The notes below the pieces were generated by a model. The model was not told the origin of the DNA. It did no database searches and saw only the letters and a program-made list of their open reading frames with translations. A stretch of 64,000 bases of DNA from positions 130,482 through 194,481 of the IMG/VR virus record IMGVR_UViG_3300025127_006147. One strand, 5' to 3'. Positions 63,976 to 64,000 of this stretch are shown here, piece after piece; position 1 is the first letter of the stretch, and each line of letters begins with the position of its first letter. The stretch is from a virus. Position numbers and translations under genes: made by a program.

Positions 63976-64000
63976 TGGAATGTAATTCCTAAGGTAAAGA

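Noticed and set aside
1-64000. CRISPR array or diversity-generating retroelement
   Set aside because: No regularly spaced identical DNA repeats, no cas or reverse transcriptase gene, and no template/variable repeat pair. The repeats found are diverged at protein level.
1-64000. Stop-codon reassignment, as in some large Bacteroidota phages
   Set aside because: Conserved enzymes are full length in code 11, and TAA, TAG and TGA all end genes at expected positions.

Overview
AT-rich (roughly 30% GC by eye), gene-dense segment of a large (probably jumbo) tailed-phage genome that very likely infects Bacteroidota. Support: many TTTG-N(~19-20)-TAnnTTTG host-type promoters, no Shine-Dalgarno sites, a Flavobacterium-type bS21 gene and four peptidoglycan hydrolases. 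No capsid, terminase, polymerase or integrase gene is visible. Two gene classes are interleaved. (1) Host-like and auxiliary genes: cysK, type II glutamine synthetase, glyA, thioredoxin/glutaredoxins, two ClpP, UvsE, sugar-nucleotide enzymes, cyclophilin, a Ro/TROVE-like vWA protein with adjacent structured RNAs and a CCA-adding enzyme, and an atypical tRNA-Gly. (2) A putative late class, usually preceded by a sense-strand TATTTAT motif, whose proteins start with a short leader ending in (L/I)-x-E. The most striking signal is that the largest genes of this class (1014, 1668 and 2007 aa, plus several smaller ones) are strings of unrelated or repeated domains. The same (L/I)-x-E-(Q/S/E/N) motif sits at the domain junctions. 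I infer these are capsid-targeted polyproteins cut by a T4 gp21-like head protease into separate cargo enzymes (protein-kinase-like, PPK2, PAP2 and DHH phosphatases, Zn peptidases, restriction-fold nuclease, LRR, muralytic enzymes). That model is inference, and no such protease is in the window. All family calls come from motif recognition by eye; no database searches were run.
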